DNA of 39,644 nucleotides, from IMG/VR virus record IMGVR_UViG_2718218133_000003; one strand, 5' to 3'. Source of the DNA: a virus. Its lineage: Duplodnaviria; Heunggongvirae; Uroviricota; Caudoviricetes. The notes beneath the pieces are model-generated. The model ran no database searches. It worked only from the letters and a program-made list of their open reading frames with translations, and was not told the origin of the DNA. The stretch's first letter is position 1. The number at the start of each line of letters is the position of its first letter. Position numbers and translations under genes: made by a program. Shown here one piece after another: positions 27,356-38,360 of the stretch.

Positions 27356-27900
27356 AAACGGGGGCTGAAGCCATCCGGGCGCTGGCCACACAGCTTCCGT
27401 CGTTTCGCCAGAAACTGAATGAGGGCTGGTATCAGGTGCGCATTTCCGGGCGTGATGCAGGCGAAAATGAATTATCTGCCCGTCTTAATGAACCGCTGGC
27501 AAATGGTGCCGTGATCCACGTCGTTCCGCGTCTGGCGGGTGCCAAAAGTGGCGGTGTGTTTCAGGCGGTGCTGGGTGCGGCGCTGATTGCGGTGGCATGG
27601 TGGAACCCTGTTGGCTGGCTGGGGGCCGCGGCTGTATCGGGTCTGTATGCAGCAGGGGCCAGTATGATCCTGGGTGGTGTGGCGCAGATGCTGGCACCGA
27701 AAGCCAGGACGCCCACGGCAGCCAGTACAGATAACGGCAAACAGAACACCTATTTCTCGTCACTGGATAACATGGTTGCCCAGGGCAATGTTCTGCCGGT
27801 TCTGTACGGTGAAATGCGCGTGGGGTCACGCGTGGTTTCTCAGGAGATCAGCACGGCAGACGAAGGGGATGGTGGTCAGGTTGTGGTGATTGGTCGCTGA
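27253..27900 (+). CDS. I: Tail assembly protein I
   Basis: 215-aa ORF MAATHTLPLASPGMARICLYGDLQRFGRR..., near identical to lambda gpI as recalled. Confidence 0.85.
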   Translation: MAATHTLPLASPGMARICLYGDLQRFGRRIDLRVKTGAEAIRALATQLPSFRQKLNEGWYQVRISGRDAGENELSARLNEPLANGAVIHVVPRLAGAKSGGVFQAVLGAALIAVAWWNPVGWLGAAAVSGLYAAGASMILGGVAQMLAPKARTPTAASTDNGKQNTYFSSLDNMVAQGNVLPVLYGEMRVGSRVVSQEISTADEGDGGQVVVIGR

Positions 27901-27960
27901 TGCAAAATGTTTTATGTGAAACCGCCTCCGGGCGGTTTTATCGTTTATGGAGCATGACGA

Positions 27961-30900
27961 ATGGGTAAAGGCAGCAGTAAGGGGCATACCCCGCGCGAAG
28001 CGAAGGACAACCTGAAGTCCACGCAGCTGCTGAGTGTGATCGATGCCATCAGCGAAGGGCCGGTTGAAGGTCCGGTGGATAGATTAAAAAGCGTGCTGCT
28101 GAACAGTACGCCGGTGCTGGACAGTGAGGGGAATACCAATATATCCGGCGTCACGGTGGTGTTCCGTGCCGGTGAGCAGGAGCAGACACCGCCGGAGGGG
28201 TTTGAATCCTCCGGCTCCGAGACGGTGCTCGGTACAGAAGTGAAATATGACACTCCGATCACCCGGACCATCACGTCGGCAAACATTGACCGTCTGCGTT
28301 TTACTTTCGGCGTGCAGGCACTGGTGGAAACCACCTCAAAGGGGGACAGGAATCCATCGGAAGTCCGCCTGCTGGTTCAGATACAACGTAACGGTGGCTG
28401 GGTGACGGAAAAAGACATCACCATTAAGGGTAAAACCACTTCACAGTATCTGGCCTCGGTGGTGGTGGATAACCTGCCGCCGCGCCCGTTTAATATCCGG
28501 ATGCGCAGGATGACGCCGGACAGCACCACAGACCAGCTGCAGAACAAAACGCTCTGGTCGTCATACACCGAAATTATCGATGTGAAACAGTGCTACCCGA
28601 ACACGGCACTGGTCGGCGTGCAGGTGGATTCGGAGCAGTTCGGCAGCCAGCAGGTGAGCCGTAATTATCATCTTCGCGGGCGCATTCTGCAGGTGCCGTC
28701 GAACTATAACCCGCAGACGCGGCAATACAGCGGTATCTGGGACGGAACGTTTAAACCGGCATACAGCAACAACATGGCCTGGTGTCTGTGGGATATGCTG
28801 ACCCATCCGCGCTACGGCATGGGGAAACGTCTTGGTGCGGCGGATGTGGATAAATGGGCGCTGTATGTCATCGGCCAGAATTGCGACCAGTCGGTGCCGG
28901 ATGGCTTTGGTGGCACGGAGCCGCGCATCACCTGTAATGCCTGGCTGACCACACAGCGTAAGGCGTGGGATGTTCTCAGTGATTTCTGCTCGGCGATGCG
29001 CTGTATGCCGGTATGGAACGGGCAGACGCTGACGTTCGTGCAGGACCGACCGTCGGATAAGGTGTGGACCTATAACCGCAGTAATGTGGTGATGCCGGAT
29101 GATGGCGCGCCGTTCCGCTACAGCTTCAGCGCCCTGAAAGACCGCCATAATGCCGTTGAGGTGAACTGGATTGACCCGGATAACGGCTGGGAGACGGCAA
29201 CAGAGCTTGTGGAGGACACGCAGGCCATTGCCCGTTACGGTCGTAACGTCACGAAGATGGATGCTTTTGGCTGTACCAGCCGGGGGCAGGCACACCGCGC
29301 CGGGCTGTGGCTGATTAAAACAGAACTGCTGGAAACGCAGACCGTGGACTTCAGCGTGGGTGCCGAAGGGCTTCGCCATGTGCCGGGTGATGTTATTGAA
29401 ATCTGCGATGATGACTATGCGGGGATCAGCATCGGCGGGCGCGTGCTGGCTGTGAACAGCCAGACCCGGACGCTGACGCTCGACCGTGAAATCACGCTGC
29501 CATCCTCCGGTACCACGCTGATAAGCCTTGTTGACGGTCAGGGTAATCCGGTCAGCGTGGAGGTCCAGTCCGTCACCGACGGCGTGAAGGTGAAAGTGAG
29601 CCGTGTTCCTGACGGCGTTGCTGAATACAGCGTGTGGGGGCTGAAGCTGCCGACGCTGCGCCAGCGCCTGTTCCGCTGCGTGAGTATCCGTGAGAACGAC
29701 GACGGCACGTATGCCATCACCGCCGTGCAGCATGTACCGGAAAAAGAGGCCATCGTGGATAACGGGGCGCACTTTGACGGCGACCAGAGCGGCACGGTGA
29801 ATGGTGTCACGCCGCCAGCGGTGCAGCACCTGACCGCCGAAGTCACCGCAGACAGCGGGGAATATCAGGTGCTGGCGCGCTGGGACACGCCGAAGGTGGT
29901 GAAGGGCGTGAGTTTCCTGCTTCGCCTGACCGTGGCAGCGGATGACGGCAGTGAGCTGCTGGTCAGCACGGCCCGGACGGCGGAAACCACATACCGCTTC
30001 AGGCAACTGGCGCTGGGGAACTACAGGCTGACAGTCCGGGCGGTAAATGCGTGGGGGCAGCAGGGCGATCCGGCGTCGGTATCGTTCCGGATTGCCGCAC
30101 CGGCAGCACCGTCGAGGATTAAGCTGACGCCGGGCTATTTTCAGATAACCGCCACGCCGCATCTTGCGGTTTATGATCCGACGGTACAGTTTGAGTTCTG
30201 GTTCTCGGAAAAGCGGATTGCGGATATCAGGCAGGTTGAAACCACAGCCCGCTATCTTGGCACGGCGCTGTACTGGATAGCTGCCAGTATCAATATCAAG
30301 CCGGGCCATGATTATTATTTTTACATCCGCAGTGTGAACACCGTTGGCAAATCGGCATTCGTGGAGGCTGTTGGCCAGCCGAGTGATGATGCATCCGGCT
30401 ATCTGGATTTTTTCAAAGGAGAGATAGGGAAAACCCATCTGGCTCAGGAGTTGTGGACGCAGATTGATAACGGTCAGCTTGCGCCTGACCTGGCGGAAAT
30501 CAGAACGTCCATCACGGATGTCAGTAATGAAATCACGCAGACCGTCAATAAGAAACTGGAAGACCAGAGTGCAGCGATCCAGCAGATACAGAAGGTTCAG
30601 GTTGATACAAATAATAACCTGAACAGCATGTGGGCTGTGAAGCTGCAGCAGATGCAGGACGGACGCCTTTATATCGCGGGTATTGGTGCCGGTATTGAAA
30701 ACACCCCTGACGGCATGCAGAGTCAGGTGCTGCTGGCGGCAGACAGGATTGCGATGATTAATCCTGCGAATGGCAACACAAAGCCGATGTTTGTTGGTCA
30801 GGGCGATCAGATATTTATGAATGAAGTGTTCCTGAAATATCTGACGGCTCCCACCATTACCAGCGGCGGTAATCCTCCGGCATTTTCCCTGACACCGGAC

Positions 30901-31440
30901 GGGCGGCTGACGGCGAAAAATGCCGATATCAGCGGTAACGTGAATGCGAACTCCGGGACGCTCAACAACGTCACGATTAACGAGAACTGCCGGGTTCTGG
31001 GAAAACTGTCCGCGAACCAGATTGAAGGCGATCTCGTTAAAACAGTGGGCAAAGCTTTCCCCCGGGACTCCCGTGCACCGGAACGGTGGCCATCAGGGAC
31101 CATTACCGTCAGGATTTATGACGATCAGCCGTTTGACCGGCAGATTGTTATTCCGGCGGTGGCATTCAGCGGCGCTAAACATGAGAGAGAGCATACTGAT
31201 ATTTACTCCTCATGCCGTCTGATAGTGCGGAAAAACGGTGCTGAAATTTATAACCGTACCGCGCTGGATAATACGCTGATTTACAGTGGCGTTATTGATA
31301 TGCCTGCCGGTCACGGTCACATGACGCTGGAGTTTTCGGTGTCAGCATGGCTGGTAAATGACTGGTATCCCACAGCAAGTATCAGCGATTTGCTGGTTGT
31401 GGTGATGAAGAAAGCCACCGCAGGCATCAGTATCAGCTGA
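27961..31440 (+). CDS. J: Host specificity protein J (central tail fibre)
   Basis: 1159-aa ORF following I; lambda J-like throughout. Confidence 0.9.
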   Translation: MGKGSSKGHTPREAKDNLKSTQLLSVIDAISEGPVEGPVDRLKSVLLNSTPVLDSEGNTNISGVTVVFRAGEQEQTPPEGFESSGSETVLGTEVKYDTPITRTITSANIDRLRFTFGVQALVETTSKGDRNPSEVRLLVQIQRNGGWVTEKDITIKGKTTSQYLASVVVDNLPPRPFNIRMRRMTPDSTTDQLQNKTLWSSYTEIIDVKQCYPNTALVGVQVDSEQFGSQQVSRNYHLRGRILQVPSNYNPQTRQYSGIWDGTFKPAYSNNMAWCLWDMLTHPRYGMGKRLGAADVDKWALYVIGQNCDQSVPDGFGGTEPRITCNAWLTTQRKAWDVLSDFCSAMRCMPVWNGQTLTFVQDRPSDKVWTYNRSNVVMPDDGAPFRYSFSALKDRHNAVEVNWIDPDNGWETATELVEDTQAIARYGRNVTKMDAFGCTSRGQAHRAGLWLIKTELLETQTVDFSVGAEGLRHVPGDVIEICDDDYAGISIGGRVLAVNSQTRTLTLDREITLPSSGTTLISLVDGQGNPVSVEVQSVTDGVKVKVSRVPDGVAEYSVWGLKLPTLRQRLFRCVSIRENDDGTYAITAVQHVPEKEAIVDNGAHFDGDQSGTVNGVTPPAVQHLTAEVTADSGEYQVLARWDTPKVVKGVSFLLRLTVAADDGSELLVSTARTAETTYRFRQLALGNYRLTVRAVNAWGQQGDPASVSFRIAAPAAPSRIKLTPGYFQITATPHLAVYDPTVQFEFWFSEKRIADIRQVETTARYLGTALYWIAASINIKPGHDYYFYIRSVNTVGKSAFVEAVGQPSDDASGYLDFFKGEIGKTHLAQELWTQIDNGQLAPDLAEIRTSITDVSNEITQTVNKKLEDQSAAIQQIQKVQVDTNNNLNSMWAVKLQQMQDGRLYIAGIGAGIENTPDGMQSQVLLAADRIAMINPANGNTKPMFVGQGDQIFMNEVFLKYLTAPTITSGGNPPAFSLTPDGRLTAKNADISGNVNANSGTLNNVTINENCRVLGKLSANQIEGDLVKTVGKAFPRDSRAPERWPSGTITVRIYDDQPFDRQIVIPAVAFSGAKHEREHTDIYSSCRLIVRKNGAEIYNRTALDNTLIYSGVIDMPAGHGHMTLEFSVSAWLVNDWYPTASISDLLVVVMKKATAGISIS

Positions 31441-31458
31441 ATTTTATAACCCCAATAC

Positions 31459-31484
31459 GGGCGTCAGAAATGACGCCTTTTTTA
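31459..31484 (+). terminator. Intrinsic terminator after J
   Basis: Hairpin GGCGTCA-gaaa-TGACGCC followed by TTTTTT. Confidence 0.6.
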
Positions 31485-31507
31485 TTGCAGAAAAGCGAGA
31501 GGTAATT

Positions 31508-32107
31508 ATGCGTAAATTATGTGCTGTTATTCTGTCCGCAGTAGTCTGGCTGGTTGCCGCTGGTACGCCAGCGAGCGCAGCAGAGCATCAGTCCACACTA
31601 AGCGCCGGGTATCTTCAGACCCATACTGATATGCCAGGCAGTGATGACCTGAAGGGCATTAACGTGAAATACCGTTATGAATTTACGGACACGCTGGGGC
31701 TGGTGACGTCATTCAGTTATGCCAATGCCAAAGATGAGCAAAAAACGCATTACAGCGATACCCGCTGGCATGAAGATTCCGTGCGTAACCGCTGGTTCAG
31801 CATGATGGCGGGGCCATCTGTACGCGTGAATGAATGGTTCAGTGCTTATGCGATGGCGGGTATGGCTTACAGCCGTGTGTCGACCTTCTCCGGGGATTAT
31901 CTCCGCGTAACTGACAACAAGGGGAAAACGCATGATGTGCTGACCGGAAGTGATGACGGTCGCCACAGCAACACGTCTCTGGCGTGGGGGGCTGGCGTGC
32001 AGTTTAACCCGACCGAATCCGTGGCCATTGACCTTGCTTATGAAGGTTCCGGCAGTGGTGACTGGCGCACTGACGGTTTCATCGTGGGTGTCGGTTATAA
32101 ATTCTGA
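31508..32107 (+). CDS. lom: Lom/Ail family outer membrane beta-barrel protein
   Basis: Signal peptide; C-terminus DLAYEGSGSGDWRTDGFIVGVGYKF identical in pattern to lambda Lom. Confidence 0.9.
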   Translation: MRKLCAVILSAVVWLVAAGTPASAAEHQSTLSAGYLQTHTDMPGSDDLKGINVKYRYEFTDTLGLVTSFSYANAKDEQKTHYSDTRWHEDSVRNRWFSMMAGPSVRVNEWFSAYAMAGMAYSRVSTFSGDYLRVTDNKGKTHDVLTGSDDGRHSNTSLAWGAGVQFNPTESVAIDLAYEGSGSGDWRTDGFIVGVGYKF

Positions 32108-32133
32108 TTAGCCAGGTAACACAGTGTTATGAC

Positions 32134-32160
32134 AGCCCGCCGGTTCAGGCGGGCTTTTTT
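32134..32160 (+). terminator. Intrinsic terminator after lom
   Basis: Hairpin AGCCCGCC-ggttca-GGCGGGCT followed by TTTTTT. Confidence 0.65.
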
Positions 32161-32165
32161 GTGGA

Positions 32166-34544
32166 GTGGATATGGCAGCAGTAAAAATCTCAGGTGTGCT
32201 GAAAGATGGTGCGGGAAAACCAATACAGAACTGCACTATTCAACTGAGGGCAAAGCGTAACAGCACCACGGTACTGGTGAACACGGTGGCTTCTGAAAAT
32301 CCGGATGAAGCCGGACGTTACAGCATGGATGTTGAGTATGGCCAGTACAGCGTCACCCTGCTGGTTGAAGGTTTTCCGCCTTCACATGCCGGGACCATTA
32401 CCGTCTATGAAGGCTCCAGACCAGGTACGCTGAATGATTTTCTCGGTGCCATGACGGAAGATGATGTCATGCCGGAGGCATTGCGTCGTTTTGAGGCAAT
32501 GGTGGAAGAAGTGGCACGCAACGCCGAAGCCGCCTCTCAGAGCGCAGCGGCGGCAAAGAAATCCGAAACTGCAGCGGCATCATCAAAGAACGCGGCGAAA
32601 ACCTCAGAAACGAATGCAGCTAATAGTGCACAGGCGGCAGCGGCCTCACAGACTGCATCGGCAAACTCCGCGACAGCAGCCAAAAAATCAGAAACCAACG
32701 CGAAAAATAGCGAGACAGCCGCAAAGACGAGCGAAACCAACGCAAAGTCCAGCCAGACGGCAGCGAAAACCAGCGAAACGAATGCCAAAGCCAGTGAAAC
32801 TGCGGCAAAAAACAGCCAGGTTGCAGCAGCCCAAAGCGAGAGCGCGGCAGCCGGTTCTGCGACTTCAGCAGCCGGATCAGCAACTGCTGCGGCTAACAGC
32901 CAGAAAGCTGCGAAGACGAGTGAAACTAACGCAAAGTCCAGCCAGACGGCAGCGAAGACCAGCGAAACGAATGCCAAAGCCAGCGAAACTGCGGCGAAAA
33001 ACAGCCAGGATGCAGCAGCCGAAAGCGAGAGTGTTGCAGCTGGTTCTGCAAGCGCGGCGGCTGCTTCTGCCACTGCATCAGCTAACAGTCAAAAAGCAGC
33101 AAAAACCAGTGAAACCAACGCAAAGACAAGCGAGACTGCGGCAGCTAACTCGGCGAAAGCATCCGCTGCAAGCCAGACAGCGGCTAAAGCAAGTGAAGAT
33201 GCAGCCAGGGAGTACGCAAGCCAGGCAGCTGAGCCGTATAAACAAGTTTTGCAGCCACTGCCTGATGTGTGGATACCGTTTAATGACTCGATGGATATGA
33301 TTGCAGGATTTGGCCCGGGATATAAAAAAATAACAGTGCGCGATGATGTGGTCACTATACCATCCGACAAAATTGTCCCGTTTTCCCGCGCGAGTTCCGC
33401 GACCTATATCAATAAGTCCGGCGCTCTTACCATTGCAGAAATTAATGAGCCACGTTTTGAAAAAGAAGGGCTGTTAATTGAAGGGCAGAGAACTAACTAT
33501 CTAAAAAATTCTAATACACCGGAATTGTGGTACTACCACAGTTTACTGGCGAAAGAGTATGGGGTTGATAATTACGGTTTTAATTATGCAACCGTCACCG
33601 TGACAGACAGTCTTGTAGGCACAACCAGTAGTTATCAGATTCATAGTGTAACTGGAGAGAACAGGTTTTCTCTGTCCATCGGTGAAACCTGCACTTTTTC
33701 TGCCCGCTTTCGTGGAGTTAATTCACGTTGTCGCGTCCATATATCTCTTGTTATTGGCGAAAATGTTAAAACATCCGTTGATGTATGTCTGGAGCCAGAT
33801 ACAGGTGAGGTTAAGGCGTACGGTAATAAGGCGCTGGTGACATTCAGAACGGAAAAACAGGGGGACTGGTGTTACTTTGAAACAACATATACCGCCGCAG
33901 AGAATATTGACGAAGTGGTATGCGGTTTTTTTATAACCAATCCTGAAGATGGTGGTTTTTCTTCTGATTCGTCATTAACAATGACTACGCCGCAAATTGA
34001 AAAAGGGCCATGCGCTTCATCGTTTATTATTTCCGGAAACACACCAACCACGCGCGCCAGTGATATGGTTATTTTTTCAACCAGAAATAACATAAGTTCT
34101 GTCCCTTTAAGCTGTCTTGTTGAAATACATAAAAATTGGGACTCTACGCCAAATCAGGCCCCACGAATTTTAACCACTATTGGCGTGGCGACTAATGATG
34201 AACAACTGGTATTGGCTTTCAGGACGCCTACAAGTCCGGATGTAGAACCTTTACCTTATGTTCAGTTTGGAGTGAGATCTGCATATCTTAGTCCATCTGT
34301 GAAGGCCGGGCGCAAAATGATTGCTGGTTTTGTCTGTAATAGCTCGACTGAATTTCGTTGCTGTTGTAATGGTTACCTGTCACCTGTTCAGACTTCGTCA
34401 TGGAAGAATACCGGAGCTGCACATGAAATACGTATTGGGGGAACTTCTGCTGGAGGAGAACGTCACTTGTTTGGTCACGTTCGTAACCTGAGAATATGGC
34501 ATAAAGAATTAACTGATGCGCAAATGGGGGAGTCAGTAGAATGA
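32166..34544 (+). CDS. stf: Side tail fibre protein (Stf-like) with internal Ala/Ser/Thr-rich tandem repeats
   Basis: 792-aa ORF after lom; N-terminus lambda Stf-like; repeat block AAKTSETNAKSSQTAAKTSETNAKASETAAKNSQ. Confidence 0.8.
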   Translation: MDMAAVKISGVLKDGAGKPIQNCTIQLRAKRNSTTVLVNTVASENPDEAGRYSMDVEYGQYSVTLLVEGFPPSHAGTITVYEGSRPGTLNDFLGAMTEDDVMPEALRRFEAMVEEVARNAEAASQSAAAAKKSETAAASSKNAAKTSETNAANSAQAAAASQTASANSATAAKKSETNAKNSETAAKTSETNAKSSQTAAKTSETNAKASETAAKNSQVAAAQSESAAAGSATSAAGSATAAANSQKAAKTSETNAKSSQTAAKTSETNAKASETAAKNSQDAAAESESVAAGSASAAAASATASANSQKAAKTSETNAKTSETAAANSAKASAASQTAAKASEDAAREYASQAAEPYKQVLQPLPDVWIPFNDSMDMIAGFGPGYKKITVRDDVVTIPSDKIVPFSRASSATYINKSGALTIAEINEPRFEKEGLLIEGQRTNYLKNSNTPELWYYHSLLAKEYGVDNYGFNYATVTVTDSLVGTTSSYQIHSVTGENRFSLSIGETCTFSARFRGVNSRCRVHISLVIGENVKTSVDVCLEPDTGEVKAYGNKALVTFRTEKQGDWCYFETTYTAAENIDEVVCGFFITNPEDGGFSSDSSLTMTTPQIEKGPCASSFIISGNTPTTRASDMVIFSTRNNISSVPLSCLVEIHKNWDSTPNQAPRILTTIGVATNDEQLVLAFRTPTSPDVEPLPYVQFGVRSAYLSPSVKAGRKMIAGFVCNSSTEFRCCCNGYLSPVQTSSWKNTGAAHEIRIGGTSAGGERHLFGHVRNLRIWHKELTDAQMGESVE
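32700..33130 (+). repeat. Tandem duplication of about 190 bp inside stf
   Basis: 32722..32912 and 32913..33100 are near-identical, with a partial third copy. Confidence 0.7.
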
Positions 34545-34819
34545 AAGATTTTACGCTGAAGTTTCGAGATCGGGAAGGCTATAAAGCATTCTTGAATGAA
34601 ATTAATTGGGAAGATAATGAAGTATTGCAAGATCAACTCCTGATTGATGAAATTGGATTCGCTTTCGATGAAGTCGGCAGAAATGCCGACGACGAACCAA
34701 TTTATCAACGACGCGACGGTTATTTTGTAAATATTAGAATCTTAGATGAAAAGCTGGACGCATCACCATTTACCGGAAATGTAGTGATTCTTGATGCTCC
34801 TCTTCGTGAATGGGCTTGA
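34541..34819 (+). CDS. Hypothetical protein between the two fibre genes
   Basis: 92-aa ORF; ATGA overlap with stf stop. Confidence 0.45.
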   Translation: MKDFTLKFRDREGYKAFLNEINWEDNEVLQDQLLIDEIGFAFDEVGRNADDEPIYQRRDGYFVNIRILDEKLDASPFTGNVVILDAPLREWA

Positions 34820-34829
34820 GGGGTAATAT

Positions 34830-35870
34830 ATGGCGAACTTAACAGTAATTCCTGATGACATCAAAACGCTAAAATCCGACGTTAGCAAATTAAAAAAAGA
34901 TCAAGGAAGCTACGCAACAAAATCATATGTAGACAATAAAACAACATGGAATGGTTATTGCAATGTAATCTATGATCAAAAGACATTGCCGACCACTGGA
35001 ACTATATTTAGCGGTAAGATTCACTTGTCAAATAAGACAGGAGAAACCGAAAACGCTTATGGTGAGATGTACACCAGAAAAAATATTGACGGTACAAAAG
35101 ATACAATGACAAGGATTGTCACACACAATGGAACAAAAGGTATCTTTTGGGATTTTAGCGATCTTTACGGTGGAACATTAATTTTTCCAGGCAGTGATGG
35201 TTACCTTAAGATGGGGAACTGTCTCATGTCGTATGGTGTGCGGGGAAGTAACGCGCTTATTAAGTTTGACTGCACAGACACATTACAAATCAAATATGCT
35301 AATCATGGGTCAACCATGACAATAAACACACAAGGAACCGCTCACGCTGGCGTTACTGCTAGCTTGTGGGGCAACTCTAGCCGTCCGGTTGTATATGAAG
35401 TTGGTGCTGATGGTGGCGCGTATATGTTCTATGCGCAGAAACATACCGATAACACCTATATGTTAAGCGTTAATGGTGCATGTCATGCCACCGCATTTAA
35501 CCAGCATTCCGACCGGGATCTGAAAGACAACATTCAGGTGATCGATAATGCAACCGACCGCATCCGTAAAATGAACGGCTATACATACACTCTTAAAGAA
35601 AATGGCATACCTTACGCTGGTGTTATCGCGCAAGAAGCACTAGAAGCAATCCCAGAAGTTGTAGGCTCTGCAATGAAATATCAGGATGGTGGAAGCGGGT
35701 CGAAAGGTGAAGAAGGTGAACGTTATTACACAGTAGATTATTCTGGTGTTACTGGCTTGCTTGTTCAGGTAGCCAGAGAGTCAGACGACAGAATAACAGC
35801 ACTGGAAGAAGAAAACGCAGAATTAAGACAAAGATTATCTGCAATTGAGGTGGCGCTTGCGTCTAAATAA
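34830..35870 (+). CDS. Tail fibre/tailspike-like protein with C-terminal intramolecular chaperone (peptidase S74-like) domain
   Basis: C-terminus DRDLKDNIQVIDNATDRIRKMNGYTYTLKENGIPYAGVIAQEALEAIPEVV ... coiled coil ALEEENAELRQRL, typical of self-cleaving fibre chaperone domains. Confidence 0.7.
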   Translation: MANLTVIPDDIKTLKSDVSKLKKDQGSYATKSYVDNKTTWNGYCNVIYDQKTLPTTGTIFSGKIHLSNKTGETENAYGEMYTRKNIDGTKDTMTRIVTHNGTKGIFWDFSDLYGGTLIFPGSDGYLKMGNCLMSYGVRGSNALIKFDCTDTLQIKYANHGSTMTINTQGTAHAGVTASLWGNSSRPVVYEVGADGGAYMFYAQKHTDNTYMLSVNGACHATAFNQHSDRDLKDNIQVIDNATDRIRKMNGYTYTLKENGIPYAGVIAQEALEAIPEVVGSAMKYQDGGSGSKGEEGERYYTVDYSGVTGLLVQVARESDDRITALEEENAELRQRLSAIEVALASK

Positions 35871-35876
35871 TATTAA

Positions 35877-35899
35877 GGGGCCGAGCGCCCCGTTTTATT
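35877..35899 (+). terminator. Intrinsic terminator after the fibre genes
   Basis: Hairpin GGGGC-cgag-CGCCCC followed by GTTTTATT. Confidence 0.6.
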
Positions 35900-35912
35900 G
35901 GGTGGGATGAAA

Positions 35913-36206
35913 ATGGATATAACACCTTTCCTTCATGCACTTTGTGCTGTGGCTGCGCAGGTACTGGTTGGCCTTTTTACCGGAAACTGGGTTTACGGTG
36001 CGATAGCCGGTTGTACGTTCTTCATTGCGCGTGAACACACCCAGGCAGAATATCGCTGGATTGAAATGTTCGGGCATGGCAAGCGAATGAATATGCCGTG
36101 GTGGGGCGGTTTTGATCTACGCGCGTGGGATGTAGCAAGCCTGATGGATTTTGCTGTGCCGGTGGTGGCGTGTCTGCTGGTCTGGCTGTTGGTTAATCGT
36201 GTGTGA
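35913..36206 (+). CDS. Hypothetical small membrane protein
   Basis: Hydrophobic segments at both ends; GGGTGGG upstream; unknown function. Confidence 0.4.
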   Translation: MDITPFLHALCAVAAQVLVGLFTGNWVYGAIAGCTFFIAREHTQAEYRWIEMFGHGKRMNMPWWGGFDLRAWDVASLMDFAVPVVACLLVWLLVNRV

Positions 36207-36433
36207 AAAAAGGTGAGCTGTATATGCAACGGAGGAAGAAACCCCGTTGCTGGAAGCATGGAAAAAGTATCGGGTATTGCTGAACCGTGTTGATACGTCA
36301 ACTGCACAGGATATTGAATGGCCAGCACTGCCGTAGGGTAAAACATATAAATTCTATAATTAGATGTATCTTTCCATTTACGGCAAGGAAGGGGGCTTGG
36401 AAGACGTAAAGCATCTCACACCGAGATTATTTT

Positions 36434-37024
36434 TTATATGTCAGGTGTCTGAAGTTTTGCTTTGGCTCTTAAAATGGTTTGCCGCGAGGTTTTGAATTCC
36501 CGGGCAATGGCACTTATACTTACACCTGACTTAATTCGTTCGAATACCACCTGTTTCTGTTCTTCATTTAACACAGGTGGTCGACCAAAACGTTTCCCTG
36601 CGCCGCGGGCTCTTACTATCCCGGAATGAGTGCGTTCAAGTAAAAGGTCTCGTTCAAATTCAGCGACTGCTGAAATTACTTGCATCATCATTTTTCCTGT
36701 TGGACTGGTCAGGTCAATGCCACCCAATGCTAAGCAATGCACTCTGATACCTGTTTCGGTCAGTTGTTCCACTGTTTTCCTGATATCCATTGCATTACAA
36801 CCAAGGCGATCCAGTTTTGTCACAATCAATTGATCACCACATTTCAGGCGAGCAAGCAACCGGTTAAAACCAGGACGCTCACTGGTTGCTGCTGAGCCGC
36901 TAATGTGTTCTTCGATTATTTGCTGAGGTTTGATTTTAAAACCTGCACTTTCGATTTCCCGGCGTTGATTTTCGGTGGTCTGATCCAGCGTTGATATCCG
37001 ACAGTAAGCAAAAATTCGAGACAT
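36434..37024 (-). CDS. pinQ: Serine recombinase / DNA invertase (PinQ/PinR-like)
   Basis: 196 aa; N-terminal catalytic motif [10 protein letters not shown]; C-terminal HTH; position after the tail fibre genes as in Qin/Rac. Confidence 0.85.
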
Positions 37025-37340
37025 AGTGAGACTCTATACGAAATTGGTGTTCATATCATAATGCATCTCAGAAAATAATTATGATTATTTTTGTGCATAT
37101 TTGTATGTACACGTTCGAAAATAAACGAATGCGTATGCAACCCCGTAATTTTGGTGAGACCCAAAATCGATTTTGTGAAAAAAGGCTTTAACTCGGTTTG
37201 TTTTTCGAGTTCCGGGCGGACTCAAGGAAGAAGAATAGTGTTGCGTGTTATTTTAACCAGATTTCAAGTTGTTTGGTCGTGGAAAAGTGGAGCAAAATGT
37301 TGTTAAAGTGGAAAAATGATAAAAAAGTAAGTTTATTATA

Positions 37341-37574
37341 TTACATTTTACCATTTAAATTTTGGTTGTCTTTAAGAACTGATATCGCTGTTTGTAATAA
37401 TTCTTTGTTATCCAGCCATGATTTTTTCTTTATGTTTCCTTCAATGTAATCAAGCAATGTTCTGGTATTGATAGGTCTTCCCTGTTTTGCTACTTCCACT
37501 ACAGCATCCCCTAGGATAATTCTTACTTCAGGAAGCTGCGCAGGGAACCACTTTAGGGTGTCTTTTGATTTCAT
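37341..37574 (-). CDS. ydfK: YdfK/YnaE-like small protein (77 aa)
   Basis: 77-aa product from MKSKDTLKWF...; position next to pin at the prophage edge as in Qin/Rac. Confidence 0.5.
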   Translation of the reverse strand: MKSKDTLKWFPAQLPEVRIILGDAVVEVAKQGRPINTRTLLDYIEGNIKKKSWLDNKELLQTAISVLKDNQNLNGKM

Positions 37575-38360
37575 GAAGATATTCCTTAAAATATTATTGA
37601 TTTTCATTGCGATATTGTATGTCTGATTCAGGATATGTTGACTTATACATCGGTTTTGTCTGGGTTATTGGATATGCCAATCCCTAATTTTATTAGGGCA
37701 TGACTAAAAATGCTGAATATGATAAGGAGAGATGTGATTATCAGTATGCTGTTCATATAGCCTCGAATTAGTAATGTGTTATATATGATATAGTTGACAA
37801 TTTTTATCTTGGGTGTTCTTAAAGTTCGTAGATAAACATTGTCGTTTCAGGTATACAGGAATGCTAACAGGTGGCAGCAAAAATCAGGCGGTTTATGGCG
37901 CAAGCTGAAGCGGCAACTGTAAACTATCTTATGCAGAGACTCTACACGGATTGGGTTTAAAAGTATACATAGATAACAGTTTTTATCTGAAAAAGAAAAA
38001 TATCAAGGTGATATAGCCTATATGCCTTTGATGCGGAGGAATGAATGTGATGGGAGTGATGTATCTGAATAGTTGAAAAACCGCAGACACGCCTTATGCA
38101 AGAACGTGCTGCGGTTGGCTGGTAAATTTTTCGATAGTGTGAGTATTGAATGATTTCCAGCCGTTCTTGATTTTACGCATAAATCCATGAAAAAACTACT
38201 TATCTGTTGGGGAGTTTTTTTTGGGGCATATATGGGACAGAAATAGGCCCCAGATAGACACTGAGATCGAACTTAGGATGCTTTTTAAAAAATGCAACTA
38301 TCTGAAAAAACCTAGAAAACGCCAAGGAAACCACAGGATGGGAAAAAACACCTGTGAATT

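Larger units (their letters stand above)
1..38350. mobile_element. Defective lambdoid prophage (Qin-like), int at left end, tail fibre/pin at right end; right boundary approximate
   Basis: Contiguous phage modules in canonical prophage order (int-xis-exo ... cI/cro ... O ... Q-S-R-Rz-terminase-portal ... J-lom-stf-pin); host MFS gene is 5'-truncated at 38361; left attachment site lies outside the window. Confidence 0.8.

Noticed and set aside
28561-30438. 625-aa minus-strand ORF inside gene J
   Set aside because: Lies wholly antisense to the well-supported J coding sequence; product is Arg/Pro/His-rich low-complexity sequence typical of a GC-rich antisense frame
32461-33300. Long ORFs in alternative frames and on the opposite strand across the stf repeat region (32461..33300 +, 32537..33073 -, 33089..33370 -)
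   Set aside because: Products are low-complexity (Gln/Arg/Lys-rich or Ala-rich) artefacts of the tandem-repeat DNA; the stf frame has the phage homology
35993-36346. 117-aa minus-strand ORF overlapping the small membrane protein gene
   Set aside because: No start signal; antisense to a frame with clear hydrophobic segments; low confidence either way
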